From: an uncultured delta proteobacterium
GTDB taxonomy: Bacteria; Myxococcota_A; Polyangia; Polyangiales; Polyangiaceae
Assembly: GCA_963696385.1 (NCBI GenBank)
Contig: CAVOKF010000006.1
Coordinates: 224,001 to 288,000 of the forward strand
DNA: 64,000 nucleotides
Reading direction: 5' to 3'
The notes beneath the pieces were generated by a model. It was not told the DNA's origin. It was given only the letters and a program-made list of their open reading frames with translations, and did not search any database. This document shows, piece after piece, positions 1-10,200 of this stretch (positions are counted from its first letter, which is position 1; each line of letters opens with the position of its first letter). The translations under genes were made by a program, and so were the position numbers.

Positions 1-1334
1 GGCTTGCGGAAGCACTTCGACAGGGCCGTCCGACGCTTCCCCCGAAAGCTCTTCAAGCTCAAGCGAACAACCATCATCGAGCTCGACGTCTTCGACCGCT
101 TCAAGCTCGTCATCGAGTGAACTGGACGCGGGCAGGGCTGGGGAAACGGACGCATCCGACGGATTCGAGTTCAAGCTCGACGAGCAGTTCGTCGTCGAGT
201 GACTTGGACGGTGGCAAGGATGCAAACGTGCCCGATGGAGATGCAACCGTACCGGACATAATCGAGGAGCCGGACGTCGATGTAACTGTACCGGACGTAA
301 TCGAGGCAGATGTAATCGAACCGGATGGCGACGCGGATGCTTGCGCCAAGGATCCGTGCGGGGGCTGCACGACACCGACCGGTGGATCCACCGCGTGCGT
401 GACTCCGCCAACGACTTGCGATTCGACCCAGGGCACGTGCGAGTCGAGCGGCCTATGTTCGTACACTCAGGTGTCGAATTGTGACGCAGGACCGGATGCC
501 GATGCGGCTCCCACTTGTGTTTCGCCAAGCTTCTACGGGACCTGGTTGCACGTGGCCAGCGCTACATCCAGCGTTCAATTCGTCATCAACGCAGACGGCA
601 CGTATACACTCACGGTGTTGGACACAACGTCGGCCGTGACTGCAAACGAAACGCTTGAGACGGGCACTTGGGTACAGAGTGGGGGGTACCTCATTTTTAC
701 GCCCGTAAAGGCATCGTGTCCTGCTTCGCTTCCAATCGGGAACTCGACTTACTCATTCAACGGTACGGATCTCGTCCTGGATGATATAGTCTACGCATCA
801 ACGGCCCCTGAGACACTGGGATCGGGCCTCACGCTTGTCGTGGGATGCACAATCGCGGGAACGTTTACCGCTTCACCCTTGGCGCCCGTTGCTACGACCG
901 GAACACCGATCGGCACAGGGACTGTGGGGGAGCCGAGTATCTACGGCACCTGGCTCGATACGGTCACCCCCGACGGCATAACCTACAACTTGCAAACCGT
1001 ACTCAATAGCGATTGCACCTATCAACTAACGGTCTTTAACGAGACCTCAAACGCGACGGGGAACGAAACGATTGAGACGGGCACGTTCGCGTTGAATGGT
1101 GCAAATATCACATTTACGGAACTCAAGGCCACTTGCCCGGGTAACGTAACCGTGGGTACCACTGACTACTTTTTCAACGGGGACCAGCTCCTCACTGGAA
1201 CCGTGCTCTATACAACCGAGCCTACCACGGCCACATTGGGCGCTGGCCTTACGCTTGTCGTTGGGTGCTCTGTAAACAGCGGCCCGTTTACGCCCTATTC
1301 GTTGGCTCCTCTCACGGTGCCGGATGGGGGCTGA
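1..1334 (+). CDS. Secreted lipoprotein-like protein with Ser-rich linker and two tandem lipocalin-like beta domains; 5'-partial, apparent frameshift near 155
   Basis: Frame from nt 2 reads ACGSTSTG...ELDAGRAGETDAS and continues naturally into TDSSSSS... of ORF 117..1334 if one base is removed near 155. The C-terminal half has two homologous units (YGTWL...ETGT...CP...FNG...LGxGLTLVVGC). Confidence 0.7.
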   Translation, partial: LAEALRQGRPTLPPKALQAQANNHHRARRLRPLQARHRVNWTRAGLGKRTHPTDSSSSSTSSSSSSDLDGGKDANVPDGDATVPDIIEEPDVDVTVPDVIEADVIEPDGDADACAKDPCGGCTTPTGGSTACVTPPTTCDSTQGTCESSGLCSYTQVSNCDAGPDADAAPTCVSPSFYGTWLHVASATSSVQFVINADGTYTLTVLDTTSAVTANETLETGTWVQSGGYLIFTPVKASCPASLPIGNSTYSFNGTDLVLDDIVYASTAPETLGSGLTLVVGCTIAGTFTASPLAPVATTGTPIGTGTVGEPSIYGTWLDTVTPDGITYNLQTVLNSDCTYQLTVFNETSNATGNETIETGTFALNGANITFTELKATCPGNVTVGTTDYFFNGDQLLTGTVLYTTEPTTATLGAGLTLVVGCSVNSGPFTPYSLAPLTVPDGG

Positions 1335-1413
1335 ACGACGGCTTTCCACCACCCCGTGCACCGAGACGTAGATGAGATCAAGGATCGGGGACGGATTGTG
1401 CTTTAAGGCGTCC

Positions 1414-2045
1414 ATGCGGAAGACGACGCCACTGCGCCTGACATTTGCCCAACGGCGCAAGCTAGTACCCCGATTCCATGAAACGGAGGGGTGAGACCAC
1501 CCGATCCCGTCGGGAATATCGCGGAAAACGACCCTTCCATTCCGCGGAATCGAGGTACTAGAAAGCATCGTAAGTCGTCCGAGTGCTCCAGCGGGACACG
1601 TGCGGCGCGCCAGGGTCGTTCTTTTGAGCGGGGACGGTGTTGCTGGTACCGAGATCGCCCGCCGCGCGGGCTTGTCGCCGGAGCAGGTATCGCGGATTCG
1701 CGCTCGCTTCGTACGGGGCGGTGTGGACGGACTGGCCGACCGCGCGAAAGCTGGCCGCAAGGATCACGCTGTTCCGAGCGACGTTATCGAGCGGGTCGTC
1801 CAACTGGCGCTGTCTCCGCCGCCGGCCGGGCGCAGCCGGTGGACAAGTCGGCTGCTGGGGCGAGAGGTCGGGCGACCGGGAGCCACGGTGGCCAGGATTC
1901 TGCGCAACAACGGCCTCAAGCCTCACCTGGTTAGGAAGTACAAGGTGAGCCGCGACCCCGAGTTCGCCGCGAAAGTGCAGGACGTCGTGGGGGTCTACCT
2001 GAACCCGCCGGAGAACGTCGTGCCGAGCATCGACGAAAAGACCTA
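1414..2045 (+). pseudogene. IS630-family transposase, interrupted by a MITE and truncated at the first catalytic Asp
   Basis: Removing 1465-1560 restores MRKTTPLRLTFAQRRKLESIVSRPSAPAGHVRRARVVLL... The protein has typical IS630 motifs (RWTSRLL, LKPHL, SRDPEFAAKVQDVVGVYLNPPEN, SIDEKT), and homology stops after DEKT. Confidence 0.9.
1462..1561 (+). mobile_element. 94-bp MITE, copy 1, flanked by duplicated TA within CTAG
   Basis: Imperfect terminal inverted repeats GTACCCCGATTCC / GGAATCGAGGTAC. An identical reverse-complement copy lies at 18830-18929. Excision restores the host ORF. Confidence 0.92.
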
Positions 2046-2273
2046 TACGGTCCCTAGCATGTACATGGAATGGACCTGGTCAAGTACATCAGCCATCACC
2101 CGCCGCACCTTCGATTGTTGGGCCGGACGCTCGGGCTGCAGGAGAACGTCGGCGAGATTCGCGACAAAGCTTTCGATTTCCTTCGTCGCGGCTCCTACCC
2201 CCGCGGCCAGAAACCGGGAAGGTTCCCCGGGAGCGAGGGCGCTTTTCGCGTCCCTTACTGCAGTACACGTCAA
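2043..2273 (-). CDS. Small hypothetical protein or fragment downstream of the DUF5677-like gene
   Basis: 76-aa ORF whose start overlaps the stop of 2270..3013. No recognisable motif. Confidence 0.3.
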   Translation of the reverse strand: MTCTAVRDAKSALAPGEPSRFLAAGVGAATKEIESFVANLADVLLQPERPAQQSKVRRVMADVLDQVHSMYMLGTV

Positions 2274-3013
2274 GCGGTGGATGTGAAGGCTCCATCGATT
2301 CGCGCAGGCTCGGGGAAGCCAAGAGCCTTGCCCGCAACGAGCAGACCAAGTCCGAAGACGATTGGCGCGATCGTGAACGCGTTGGTTTCGGATGGTTCGT
2401 CCTCAATGCCCACGCGCGAAATGTCGGGCGCCGGCCCTTTACCGATGACTCCGTCGAGCGATGCAGGCATCGCGTGCACGAAAGCGCTGAACTGCCGGTA
2501 GATCACGACGTACATCGATCGTAAGCCGCGCGCCGAGAACGCTGCAATGCCGGCTGCAGCCCAGTGAAGGTCCGCGGCCTTCGCCATTTCCGGCAAGCCA
2601 GGCCATGGCCGTGTGGAGTCTCGTTCGGTCTCGTAGCGCTCGGTTATCTGCGGATCCAACACTTCCCCGAGCGCCCTCAACTCATTGCCGGTTTTCAGGC
2701 GCTCCACGCGATCCATACGCACCCATTGGCTCGCGTGGTTAGCCGGGTCGACCGCGATCCAGCAAAACAAGGCGATGTGCTCGTAGAGAACGCGGAGCAG
2801 GACGCCGGCCGCGACCTCGTGCTCGTCGGGGAGCCTAAGAGTGGCGTCGAGCAGCCTTCCGGATCGCGCAATGAACGCTGGACCAGCAACGGACCAATCG
2901 GTATGCGCCCCAGAAGTCCGGACTTCCCGCGGGAGGTGATCCTTCAGAATGCGCAGAAGCGCGGCTCCTCGTCGGCGAGCAAGCTGGATCCGGTCACGAA
3001 CTTCAGGTGTCAT
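2270..3013 (-). CDS. DUF5677-like (HEPN-related, all-helical) protein
   Basis: ATG at 3013 (MTPEVRDR). LLRVLYEH and YRQFSAFVH match the R..E and Y...S...H pattern of this family. Confidence 0.6.
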   Translation of the reverse strand: MTPEVRDRIQLARRRGAALLRILKDHLPREVRTSGAHTDWSVAGPAFIARSGRLLDATLRLPDEHEVAAGVLLRVLYEHIALFCWIAVDPANHASQWVRMDRVERLKTGNELRALGEVLDPQITERYETERDSTRPWPGLPEMAKAADLHWAAAGIAAFSARGLRSMYVVIYRQFSAFVHAMPASLDGVIGKGPAPDISRVGIEDEPSETNAFTIAPIVFGLGLLVAGKALGFPEPARIDGAFTSTA

Positions 3014-3128
3014 AGGGATAGATCTACTCGCAAAGCAGCCACGTCGACCGGGCCCATTACGTCCCGCGCATCGCCCGGAGCGCCCGTGCGAGAGCCGCCT
3101 CCGCGACGAGCGCGCATATCCGCCACTG

Positions 3129-3185
3129 CGCGGCATCGTGTAGGCGTGGAGCTTCTCCGCGATGTGGGTGTCCACCGGGTAGAGG
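3129..3185 (-). pseudogene. AbiEii-family nucleotidyltransferase toxin remnant
   Basis: Reads LYPVDTHIAEKLHAYTMPR, the conserved AEK segment of AbiEii proteins. The flanks are unrelated. Confidence 0.6.
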
Positions 3186-3450
3186 GTATCCCATCCCCGA
3201 CTGACGTGGTTTCGAGCCCGGCCAGGGTCGTGTACGCGCGATACCGGAGGTCGCGATGGACCGACGGCTGCGAAGTGGCGGGCAACAGTGGACGGAGCGG
3301 GAGGCGCGGGACGCTTTGGCGGAGCTGCAGGACCGCGGCGAGAGCGTGGCGGCCTTCGCGCAGCGACGGGGGATGTCCGTGCAGCGGGTTTACTACTGGC
3401 GAAGGCGCCTGAGGGAGACGGCTGCGCCGGCGTTCGTGGCGATGCCGCTG
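3186..3450 (+). mobile_element. IS66-family left-end remnant with truncated TnpA (HTH accessory protein, ATG 3256)
   Basis: WTEREARDALAELQDRGESVAAFAQRRGMSVQRVYYWRRRL...PAFV preceded by GGAGG. A possible GTA-starting end at 3186 abuts the AbiEii fragment. Confidence 0.7.
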
Positions 3451-3452
3451 AC

Positions 3453-3757
3453 GCGTATGCGGAACCGACCCCGATGGCCGATGGCTCGACATCGAGATCC
3501 CGCCCTTCTGCCCGGCAACGACGACGAGTCGGCGAGCCTCGCAGCCTTCAAAGAGGCGGTCATCGATCGCCTGTTCACCCTCAACGTGAAACGTGCCGGC
3601 GAGGAGCAGCGGACGGAAGCCGGTGCCTCGCGCCGCCGGAGCCACGCGCCTGGGACATCCGCGAGCGAGGAAGGCCGTCACGCGACAAAACGGCCGAGAC
3701 GGCGAGCCCACCGCGACGGGGGATCAGCTCAAGCTGGGCGGCGACGAAGAGAGCTAA
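3453..3757 (+). pseudogene. Relic 3' end of a paralogous DrmMI-like methyltransferase gene
   Basis: Across frameshifts it reads AYAE.DPDGRWLDIEIPPFCP..DDESASLAAFKEAVIDRLFTLNVKRAGEE...DQLKLGGDEES*, compared with AYAESDPEGRWFDVEVPPFCPMNDGDKAKLAAFEDAVIDRLFVLNAKRAEEE...DQLKLGADEEP* at 11034-11336. Confidence 0.85.
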
Positions 3758-3803
3758 CGAACGCGCGCCAAACGCGGTCGCGTCTCGCGTACGCTTTGCG
3801 ACC

Positions 3804-6800
3804 GTGAGCCCGTCCTCGCGAACGATTCTCGCCGGACTTCCGAAGCCCAGGTTGCTCGAGCTTGGGCGCGCGTTCGCGGTGGTCGTGCCGCCGAATGCGA
3901 ATCGGGAGGAGCAGGTCGACGCGTTGGTGCGCTCGGGAACCATCCGCTTTCGCGAGCTCCTCGGTGCGCTTGGGCGCGACGAACTCAAGGCCGCCTGTCG
4001 CGCCCACGAGCTCGACGACTCGGGTCGGGCCCGGCCTCTTCTGGCGGCGCGCTTGCTTCAGGCGCATGGCGCGGCCGAAAGCGCTCCGCCCAAGCCGCTC
4101 TTCGCGGCGCATGCCATTCCTCGGTACGCGCCGCGGCCGGGCGACATCGCTCGCGTGCGTCACCGGCAATGGCTCGTCGACGAGGTCGTGGCGCCGCCGG
4201 CCGAGGGCGACGGGACGCTCGTGAAGCTCGTTTGCCTCGATGACGACAACCAGGGGCGCAGTCTCGAGGTGGTCTGGGAGCTCGAGCTCGGGGCCAAAGT
4301 CCTTCAGCCCGAAGCGCACGGCCTGGGCGAGATCGATCGGATGGATCCGCCACGCCACTTTGCGGCGTACCTGCATGCGCTCAAGTGGAGCAGCGTCACG
4401 GCGACCGACGCCAAGCTGTTCCAGTCGCCGTTCCGCGCCGGGATCAAGCTGATGGCGCATCAGCTCACGCCCCTGCGCAAAGCCCTCTCGCTCCCGCGGG
4501 CGAACGTGTTCATCGCCGACGATGTCGGCCTGGGGAAAACGATCGAGGCGGGGCTCATCGCACAGGAGCTTCTTCTTCGGCAGCGGATCGAGTTCATCTT
4601 GATCGTGTGCCCGGCCTCGGTTTGCCTCCAGTGGCGAGACGAGATGCAAAAGCGCTTCGGGCTTCATTTCGAAGTGATGAACCGCGCGTTCATCGGCCGC
4701 CGCCGGCAGGAGCGAGGCTTCGGCGTCAATCCGTGGGGCACGCACACGCGATTCATCGTGTCGCACCCAATTCTCCGGCGTCCCGAGTACCGTGATCCAC
4801 TGTTGCAGCACCTCGGCGACCGAGCTGCGAAGAGCCTTCTCATCCTCGATGAGGCGCACGTGGCGGCTCCGGCCGGTGCGAACCGGTACGCGATCGACTC
4901 CAAGATTACCGACGTCATCCGCGACATCGGCCCTCGGTTCGAGAACCGCCTGTTTCTGAGTGCCACCCCGCACAATGGACACTCGAACAGCTTTTCGGCG
5001 CTGCTCGAGCTGCTCGACCCACAGCGCTTCACGCGCGGCGTCCCTGTGCGGGGACGGCAGCAACTGGACGCCGTGATGGTCCGCCGGCTCAAAGAAGATC
5101 TCCGCCTCCTGGGCGTCGAGCAGTTCCCCCGCCGAACGCTCGTCGAGCTCCTGGTCGGAACGAAAGAGACCCCGGAGCTTTTGCTGGCTGAACAGCTTGC
5201 CGCGTACACCGCGCTCGCGAGACCGGAGCGCGGTCAGGGCGCGCTCGTCTTCATCAATCTGCAAAAGCGGCTTCTCTCGAGCGTCGAGGCGTTTTACCGA
5301 ACGCTCCAGGCCCATCACCGGGCTGTGCTCGAAGGGCGTGCGAAAGTCACCGTCCCGCTCCCGCTCACCGCGGACGACGACGAGTATGGCGTGGACGACG
5401 ACTCCCTCGACGAAGCCGACGAAGCTCAGGTCGAGGCCGATTCTCGGCTGATCGTCCCGCCCGAAGACGCCAAGACCTTGCTCGAAGCGATGCTTCGCAG
5501 GGCCCAAGAGCGTCGAGGCGCCGCGGACGCCAAGGTCGAAGCGCTCGTCGCGTGGATGCGCCAACACCAGTGCCCCGCGGTGGCCGTCGGGGGCGTGGCG
5601 GCCCGATCGGCGAGGACCGCTCGAGCCTGGACCGACCGGCGCGTGCTCATCTTCACCGAGTACGGGGACACCAAACGGTATCTCCGCACCGTCCTAAACA
5701 CCGCCATCGACGGGACCGAAGGCGCGGAATCCCGCATTTTGGAGCTGCACGGCGGGATGTCCGACGAGCAGCGCGAAGAGGTGCAACGTGCGTTCAACTC
5801 GCCGCCCGACAAGCACCCCGTTCGCATTCTGATCGCGACCGACGCGGCGCGCGAAGGCGTGAACCTGCAGGGCCATTGCGCGGACCTTTTCCACTTCGAC
5901 GTGCCCTGGAACCCCGCCCGAATCGAGCAGCGCAACGGGCGCATCGATCGGACCCTGCAGCCCGAACCGGAAGTCCGGTGCCACTATTTCATCTACCCCG
6001 ATCGCGCCGAGGACATCGTCCTCCGGAAGCTTGTCGAGAAGGTCGATGTGATTCAGCGCGAGCTCGGATCGATCAGCTCGGTCCTCTTGGATCGGCTCGG
6101 CGAGGTCATGGACCGGGGCATCGACGCGAAGACCCCGGAGCGGCTCGAAGCGGCGGAGGAGGCCGGCGCCCTCAAAAGGACGGCACGCGAGGAGCTCGAG
6201 TCGGAGCGCGGCGAGTTGGCGCGCGTGCGGGACGACATCGAAGAAGCGGGCCAGATCCTCAACCGTTCCGCCCGCGTGATGAACTTCGACCCCGCGTTGC
6301 TTCGGGATGCCCTCGACGTCGGCCTCGAACTCGCCGGCGCCGCGAAGCTCAAACGCGCCGAGCAGGACGGGGAAGACGCATGGCACGTTCCGGACCTGCT
6401 GGAATCTTGGCAACCGACGCTCGACACGCTGCGGCCGCCGCGCGGTCGAGGCGAATACCTTTGGGAATTTCGCAAGAAGGCCCCGCTTCCGCTCGTCTTC
6501 CGGCCACCGCCGAAGATGAACAGCGAACTCGCCCACGTGCACTTGCAACACCCGTTCGTGCAACGGGTCCTCGGGCGCTTCTTGTCGCAAGGGTTCAGCG
6601 CCCATGATCTCAGCCGCGTCACGGTCGTGCGCACGCGTCACGACGCGCTCGCCCGCGTGATCGCCTTCGGGCGCCTCTCGCTCTTCGGGCGCGGCGCGAC
6701 GCGGCTCCACGACCAGATCATCTCGGTTGCCGCGCGATGGATCGAAGGCCACGATCGCGAGCTCCGGCCGTTCGCCGAAGACGCGGACCGCAAGGCCATC

Positions 6801-7256
6801 GAAATGCTCGAACAAGTGCTGGCCGAGTCTCCGTCGCTCGAAGGCGTCTCCGCCACAGTGCAACAAAAGCTGATCGCGGCCGCGCCGAACGTCTTCGCGA
6901 CGCTCTGGAAGCCCATTCGCGACGAAGCCGACGCGATCGCTCACGAGGCCGAGCGGATGCTTACCGCCCGCGGACAAGAAGAGTCCGACGCGCTCCGGGC
7001 CATCCTCGCGGCCCAGCGCGCGTCCATCCACGCCGAAATGGAGCGGCGCGCGCAGCTCTCGTTCGATGAACTCAACCTCGACAAGCGCGAGGAAGACCAG
7101 TTCAAGAAGGAGCGGGCGTTCATGGGGGACCGCCTCATTGCGATCGAGCGCGAGATCGAGCGCGAGCCCAACCAGATCCAGGCGATCTACGATGTGGCCT
7201 TGCGCCGCCTCGAGCCGGTCGGCCTCGTATTCCTTTGGCCGGAAACGCGGGGATGA
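3804..7256 (+). CDS. drmD: DISARM-type SNF2-like helicase DrmD
   Basis: PLRKALSLPRANVFIADDVGLGKTIEAG, LILDEAH, LSATPHNG, TDAAREGVNLQ, PWNPARIEQRNGRIDR. Probable GTG start at 3804; ATGA overlap with the methyltransferase. Confidence 0.88.
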   Translation: MSPSSRTILAGLPKPRLLELGRAFAVVVPPNANREEQVDALVRSGTIRFRELLGALGRDELKAACRAHELDDSGRARPLLAARLLQAHGAAESAPPKPLFAAHAIPRYAPRPGDIARVRHRQWLVDEVVAPPAEGDGTLVKLVCLDDDNQGRSLEVVWELELGAKVLQPEAHGLGEIDRMDPPRHFAAYLHALKWSSVTATDAKLFQSPFRAGIKLMAHQLTPLRKALSLPRANVFIADDVGLGKTIEAGLIAQELLLRQRIEFILIVCPASVCLQWRDEMQKRFGLHFEVMNRAFIGRRRQERGFGVNPWGTHTRFIVSHPILRRPEYRDPLLQHLGDRAAKSLLILDEAHVAAPAGANRYAIDSKITDVIRDIGPRFENRLFLSATPHNGHSNSFSALLELLDPQRFTRGVPVRGRQQLDAVMVRRLKEDLRLLGVEQFPRRTLVELLVGTKETPELLLAEQLAAYTALARPERGQGALVFINLQKRLLSSVEAFYRTLQAHHRAVLEGRAKVTVPLPLTADDDEYGVDDDSLDEADEAQVEADSRLIVPPEDAKTLLEAMLRRAQERRGAADAKVEALVAWMRQHQCPAVAVGGVAARSARTARAWTDRRVLIFTEYGDTKRYLRTVLNTAIDGTEGAESRILELHGGMSDEQREEVQRAFNSPPDKHPVRILIATDAAREGVNLQGHCADLFHFDVPWNPARIEQRNGRIDRTLQPEPEVRCHYFIYPDRAEDIVLRKLVEKVDVIQRELGSISSVLLDRLGEVMDRGIDAKTPERLEAAEEAGALKRTAREELESERGELARVRDDIEEAGQILNRSARVMNFDPALLRDALDVGLELAGAAKLKRAEQDGEDAWHVPDLLESWQPTLDTLRPPRGRGEYLWEFRKKAPLPLVFRPPPKMNSELAHVHLQHPFVQRVLGRFLSQGFSAHDLSRVTVVRTRHDALARVIAFGRLSLFGRGATRLHDQIISVAARWIEGHDRELRPFAEDADRKAIEMLEQVLAESPSLEGVSATVQQKLIAAAPNVFATLWKPIRDEADAIAHEAERMLTARGQEESDALRAILAAQRASIHAEMERRAQLSFDELNLDKREEDQFKKERAFMGDRLIAIEREIEREPNQIQAIYDVALRRLEPVGLVFLWPETRG

Positions 7257-10200
7257 GCGACGTCGATCGACGCTTTCACGAGACCTGGCTTGGGATGGTG
7301 CAGCCCATCGACGGGCTCGTCGTCTCGATTCCGGTCCTCGTCGACGCGCAATGCGCCGAGCGACAGCCGCCGCACGTCCAGGCTCAACTCGTCGACCTCT
7401 GTCCGCCCACGCGCCAGGGCGAGAGCGGGCCCGAGGGTTACGCGATCGCGAACGTAGCTACGTTTCTCTCGACGCTTCTCGGCTACGCCGCCGACGCGTT
7501 CAACGCCGGCGACGCGCTCCCGGAAGCGCTCTCGCTCTACGTACCCGAGGGGCGGCAGACGTTGCGAGCGACGCTCGGCCTCAAGAAAGCCGTTGCACCC
7601 GCCCAAGCAGAAACCAGCGACGCGACGCCGGCCAGCCTCGCGGGAGCCGCCTACGCGATGCTCGTTTGGGAGATCCCCGCCAGCCTGGACCTCGACAAGC
7701 CCGAGACTGTGACCGGCTCGTGGGACTACCCGCCAGCGGCCAAGTTTGATCGCCTGCTTCGGCATGTCCGCGTTCCGATTGGCCTTTTGACGAACCGCGA
7801 TGCGGTGCGACTCGTCTACGCGCCCCACGGCGAATCGTCGGGCGCGATCACGTTTCGCGTCGACGACATGGCGAGCGTCGGGGGCCGACCGATTCTCGAC
7901 GCGTTCGTGATGCTGCTCGCCGCGAACCGCTTCTTCGGCGTGGCCGAAGAGCGAACGCTACCGGCCTTGCTCGCCGAAAGCCGCAAGCGTCAGGCGAACG
8001 TCACGAACGATCTGGCCGATCAAGTCTTCGAAGCTCTGCAGATCCTGCTGCGCGGCTTCGAGGCGGCCGCCGAGCGGGACGGCCGCGACCTGCTCGACGA
8101 CGCGCTCGCGCGCGAGGGCGACCACCTCTACCGCGGACTTCTCACCGTCCTTCTGCGTCTCGTGTTTGTCCTTTACGCGGAGGATCGGGGGCTTCTGCCG
8201 GTCGAGCACCCGATTTACGCCGAGCATCTGTCGGTCGTGAGTCTGTTCGAGCAGCTGCTCACCGACCGTGGCGCGTATCCCGACTCCATGTCGCGTCGCT
8301 TCGGAGCGTGGGGCCGCCTCGTCGCGCTCTTTCGCGCCGTGTTCCTGGGCGTGTCGCACGGGGATCTCCGCATGCCGCCGCGGCGTGGGTCGCTCTTCAA
8401 TCCCCACGAGTACCCGTTTCTCGAGGGCTGGGGGCCGGCTGGAAGTGCCCCGATCACGCAGGCCGAGGACCGCGCCGCCGTGAACATCCCGAGCGTCGAC
8501 GACGAAACGGTGTTTCACGTGCTCGAGAAGCTCCTCGTCTTCGAGGGGCAGCGCTTGTCGTACCGGGCGCTCGATGTGGAACAGATCGGCAGCATTTACG
8601 AGGCGCTGATGGGTTTTCATGTCCAGCGGATTCGGTCCGCAGCGGCATGCCTGAAGCCACAGCACCTGTGGGTAACGGCCGACGAAGTGAAGGAGGTCGA
8701 ATCGACGGGACGCGCGAAGTGGCTCCGGGAGACGGTCGGCCTCAACGCGGCGCAGAGTACGAAACTGGCCACGGAGCTCGAGAGCGTGACGGACACCGAA
8801 GGCGTGCTCGAAGTGCTCCGCCCGTGCGCGGCGGCGGGCAAGCAGGCCGATCCCTCGCTCTGCCGGGCACGATCTGGCCAACTTGTGCTTCAACCAGGTA
8901 GCGAGCGCCGACGCACGAGCTCGCACTATACGCCGCGGAGCCTCTCCGAACCCATCGTACGGCGGACCCTCGAGCCACTGCTTGTGGTGTTGGGCGACGC
9001 GCCCGCGTCCGAGCGGATTCTTGAGTCTCAACGTGTGCGACCCAGCGATGGGCTCGGGCGCATTTCTCGTCGAAGCTTGCCGCTTTTTGGGTGATCGCGT
9101 GCTCGCCGCATGGACGCGGGAGGACAAAGTCGAGGCGATCGCGGCGGCGCATGGCGACCTGCTTCTTCATGCACGCCGGCTCGTGGCGCAGCGTTGTCTT
9201 TACGGCGTCGACAAGAACGAAGCGGCCGTCGAGCTCGCAAAGCTGTCGCTCTGGCTTGTGACCCTGTCGAAAACGCTCCCGTTCACGTTTCTCGATCACT
9301 GTCTGAGACACGGAGATTCGCTCGTGGGCCTCGACCTCGAGCAGATCCGGACCTTTCACTGGACGCCCCCGGCGAAGGATCCGTCGAATCAGCTCCAGCT
9401 CTTCGGCCGTGAGATTGCGGTGGCGCTCGATGAGGCCATTCTGATCCGCCAGAAGATCGGAAGTCTGGGCGATTTGCCGATCGACGATCGCGAGAAGGCA
9501 CGACTGCTCTGGGACGCGCAGGACGCCCTCGACCGAGTGCGACTGATCGCCGACGTCATCGTCGGCGCGTTCTTTGCCCACGACAGGATCACGCCCCGCG
9601 AGGCGGAACGCGTGAAGAGAGAGGAGATCGTGAGAACCTGGCTCGCGGTAGGGGGCCCACCCACGGAGGAGCTTCTCGCGATGCAGCGCGAGATCCGAGA
9701 GCGCCTGCCGGTATTTCACTGGATGGTGGAGTTTCCGGAAGTTTTTCATGCCGGCAGACGGGCTCCCCTGGAAGAAAAGCAGGACCATCGACCCGCGCAT
9801 ATGGACGCCTTCGTCGGCAACCCGCCGTTTTTGGGCGGGAAGCGCACGTCAACCGAGCTCGGCAATCGGTACGCCGATTGGCTCAGCGCCATCTGGCGAA
9901 CTTCGAAAAATGCGGACCTGGTGAGTCGCTTCTTCTTGCGAGCGAACGACCTTCTCGGCGCGCATGGAACGATGGGGTTCATCGCGACGCACGCCATCGG
10001 GCAGGGAGAGACACGCCGTGACGGGTTGCAGCGACTGGTCGCTGCGGGACTTCAAATCTACGACGCGACTCGTTCGGTCCCATGGCCCGGGGAGGCCAAC
10101 GTCCAGGTCGCCACCGTCCACCTCGCGAAGGGAAATGCCCGGAGTGGGTGTACCCCGTTGCGGCTCGATGGCCAGGCCGTCGAGGCCGTCGACAGTCACC

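Noticed and set aside
3288..3803. N-terminal 172 aa of the 1322-aa helicase ORF
   Set aside because: This stretch is IS66 and methyltransferase relic sequence read in another frame; GTG 3804 is the more plausible start.
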